64,000 nt of DNA from Eledone cirrhosa (taxonomy: Eukaryota). Position numbers and translations under genes: made by a program. Position 1 is the stretch's first letter; each line of letters starts with the position of its first letter. Below, piece after piece: positions 62,569 through 64,000 of this stretch. A model generated the notes under the pieces. It was not told where the DNA came from and made no database searches. It saw only the letters and a program-made list of their open reading frames with translations. The stretch spans positions 180,482,001 through 180,546,000 of the forward strand of contig OZ024741.1 in the NCBI GenBank assembly GCA_964016885.1, given 5' to 3'.

Positions 62569-63639
62569 GTCGGACTGGATGATGTTTTGTGTCTTTGAGC
62601 AAGACAACATCGGTGGCATGGAGAGAGGAGACTGGTATGCATGGTAGACAATTCTGGTTATCTGTCTGTGAGTTGTTTCGTTGGATTTTCTTTTACTCTT
62701 TGGTATTTAAGATACGTTCACCTTATGGTTTAAATTAAAATAGTAAGAGATAGACGAAAACGTTAATAAAAATATTTAATCTGTAGGAAATTTTTGATTC
62801 TATCAAAAGGCCGCACAGAGTGGTATAGCAGGCCACATGCGCCATTAAGGCCGCAGGTTCCCCATCACTAGTCTTCACCAACCTCCCCTCTTTAGCTTCC
62901 TCCATCTTAAAACTTCCCATCTCCTACCTTTTTATTAGTTAAGTATCTTACCTTAGACCTTCCTCACACACCTCCTTCTTCCCCGTCTTGCATACTCACC
63001 CTCACTTCATTATGTAAGTAGCCCTACTCGCTTCTTCCATATCCTTCTCCGGCATACTTCTCCCCCACCCCACATCTCATTATCTAAGTATCTCACATTA
63101 GTCATCTTCCACTCATTTCTTCCATCACTACCCTACCTTGCACATCCAACAACTCCTGCCACCAAGAAAAGACAGTCACACTCCAGCTTGTCCAACACCT
63201 GCTAGCATGGAAAGGCGGCTCCCACCTTCATTCCCCCCTCACCCATGTCAGCATTCAAAGATGGAAGCACTCTCCACCCCATCTAATCCATGCTAACATA
63301 AGAAGCCCGATGTGCCCCACCTTGCACCACGATAAAATGCTTGGGTAGGATTCGGAAATACATCTGACTGCGGAGGCAATGCCAAAACAAAAAGAAAGTG
63401 ATTGAACTAGGCGTGGTCTCCTTTCCGGCCTAGTCTCAGAGCATGACAGCCCATCAGACCGAAGTGGGCGTGGGAAACGCTTAACGATGTACTCCCCCCC
63501 CCCAATTCCCACCTTCCACACTCTCCCTTATACACCTCTCCTGTCCAACCCATACATACATGGAAAGCCAGACGCACTCCACATCTGGTACCCCACTATG
63601 CTGCTGCCATCACAAAAACATCCAGTCCACCATATACGG

Positions 63640-64000
63640 TGATAGTACTGATGCCACAAAAAAAGTATCACGTCCCTCCACCCCGAAAGGTGCTGGTGCC
63701 ACGACAAAATGTACCCAGCCCACCCCCTAAGGTGTTCATGCTGGTATCATGAAAAAAACATACCAAGTCCGCTCTGTTATGTGGTCGTTTTGGTGTCATG
63801 ATGAAAGACATCCAGTTCACCCCATTAAGTGGTAGTGGTGGTGCCACGGCAAAAAGCTTAGTACACGCTATAATCTGGTTGTGGTTAAAAAGGGCATCCA
63901 GTCGTAGAAACCAAGCCAAAAATAAATCCGTATAAGTAACATGTGTTCATCTGATCTGGCTAGCCATAACGTGACAACCCGTCTAATCCATGCAAGGCTG
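63640..64000 (+). mobile_element. Second SINE family copy (truncated by the window edge)
   Basis: AAGGGCATCCAGTCGTAGAAACCAAGCCAAAA..GACAACCCGTCTAATCCATGC, as at 800-1076. Confidence 0.65.

Noticed and set aside
63410-63465. Minus-strand CTGATGG...GAAA hammerhead-like motif
   Set aside because: Core mismatch, no UH site, and no convincing stem I or III.

Overview
Repeat-saturated, AT-rich animal genomic DNA. A coleoid cephalopod (octopus-like) source is inferred from the SINE, LINE and microsatellite landscape, not proven. One host gene is supported: the 3' half of a PSTPIP1/2-like F-BAR gene on the + strand, with six clear exons at 2057-16585, a probable 32-nt exon that is 1 nt short of frame, a candidate last exon and no SH3 exon. 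The rest is mostly transposon-derived: 20+ copies of a tRNA-derived SINE, decayed RTE, CR1, R4/Dong and CRE LINEs, a full-length mariner, Helitrons, hAT, piggyBac and Tc1 MITEs, a solo LTR, and Penelope-like elements (PLEs; Neptune-like and Naiad-like). The most interesting signal is non-coding. At least six sequence-unrelated families of type I hammerhead ribozyme (HHR) motifs occur, most with palindromic (dimer-type) stem III, some with a greatly enlarged stem II, and several followed closely by AATAAA. They sit in short non-coding units inserted in (TA)n tracts, in tandem or inverted arrangement, and they account for several of the perfect inverted repeats in the window. This looks like a diverse population of non-autonomous PLE/retrozyme-like ribozyme retroelements. 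All folds and alignments were done by eye, and boundaries of decayed elements are approximate.
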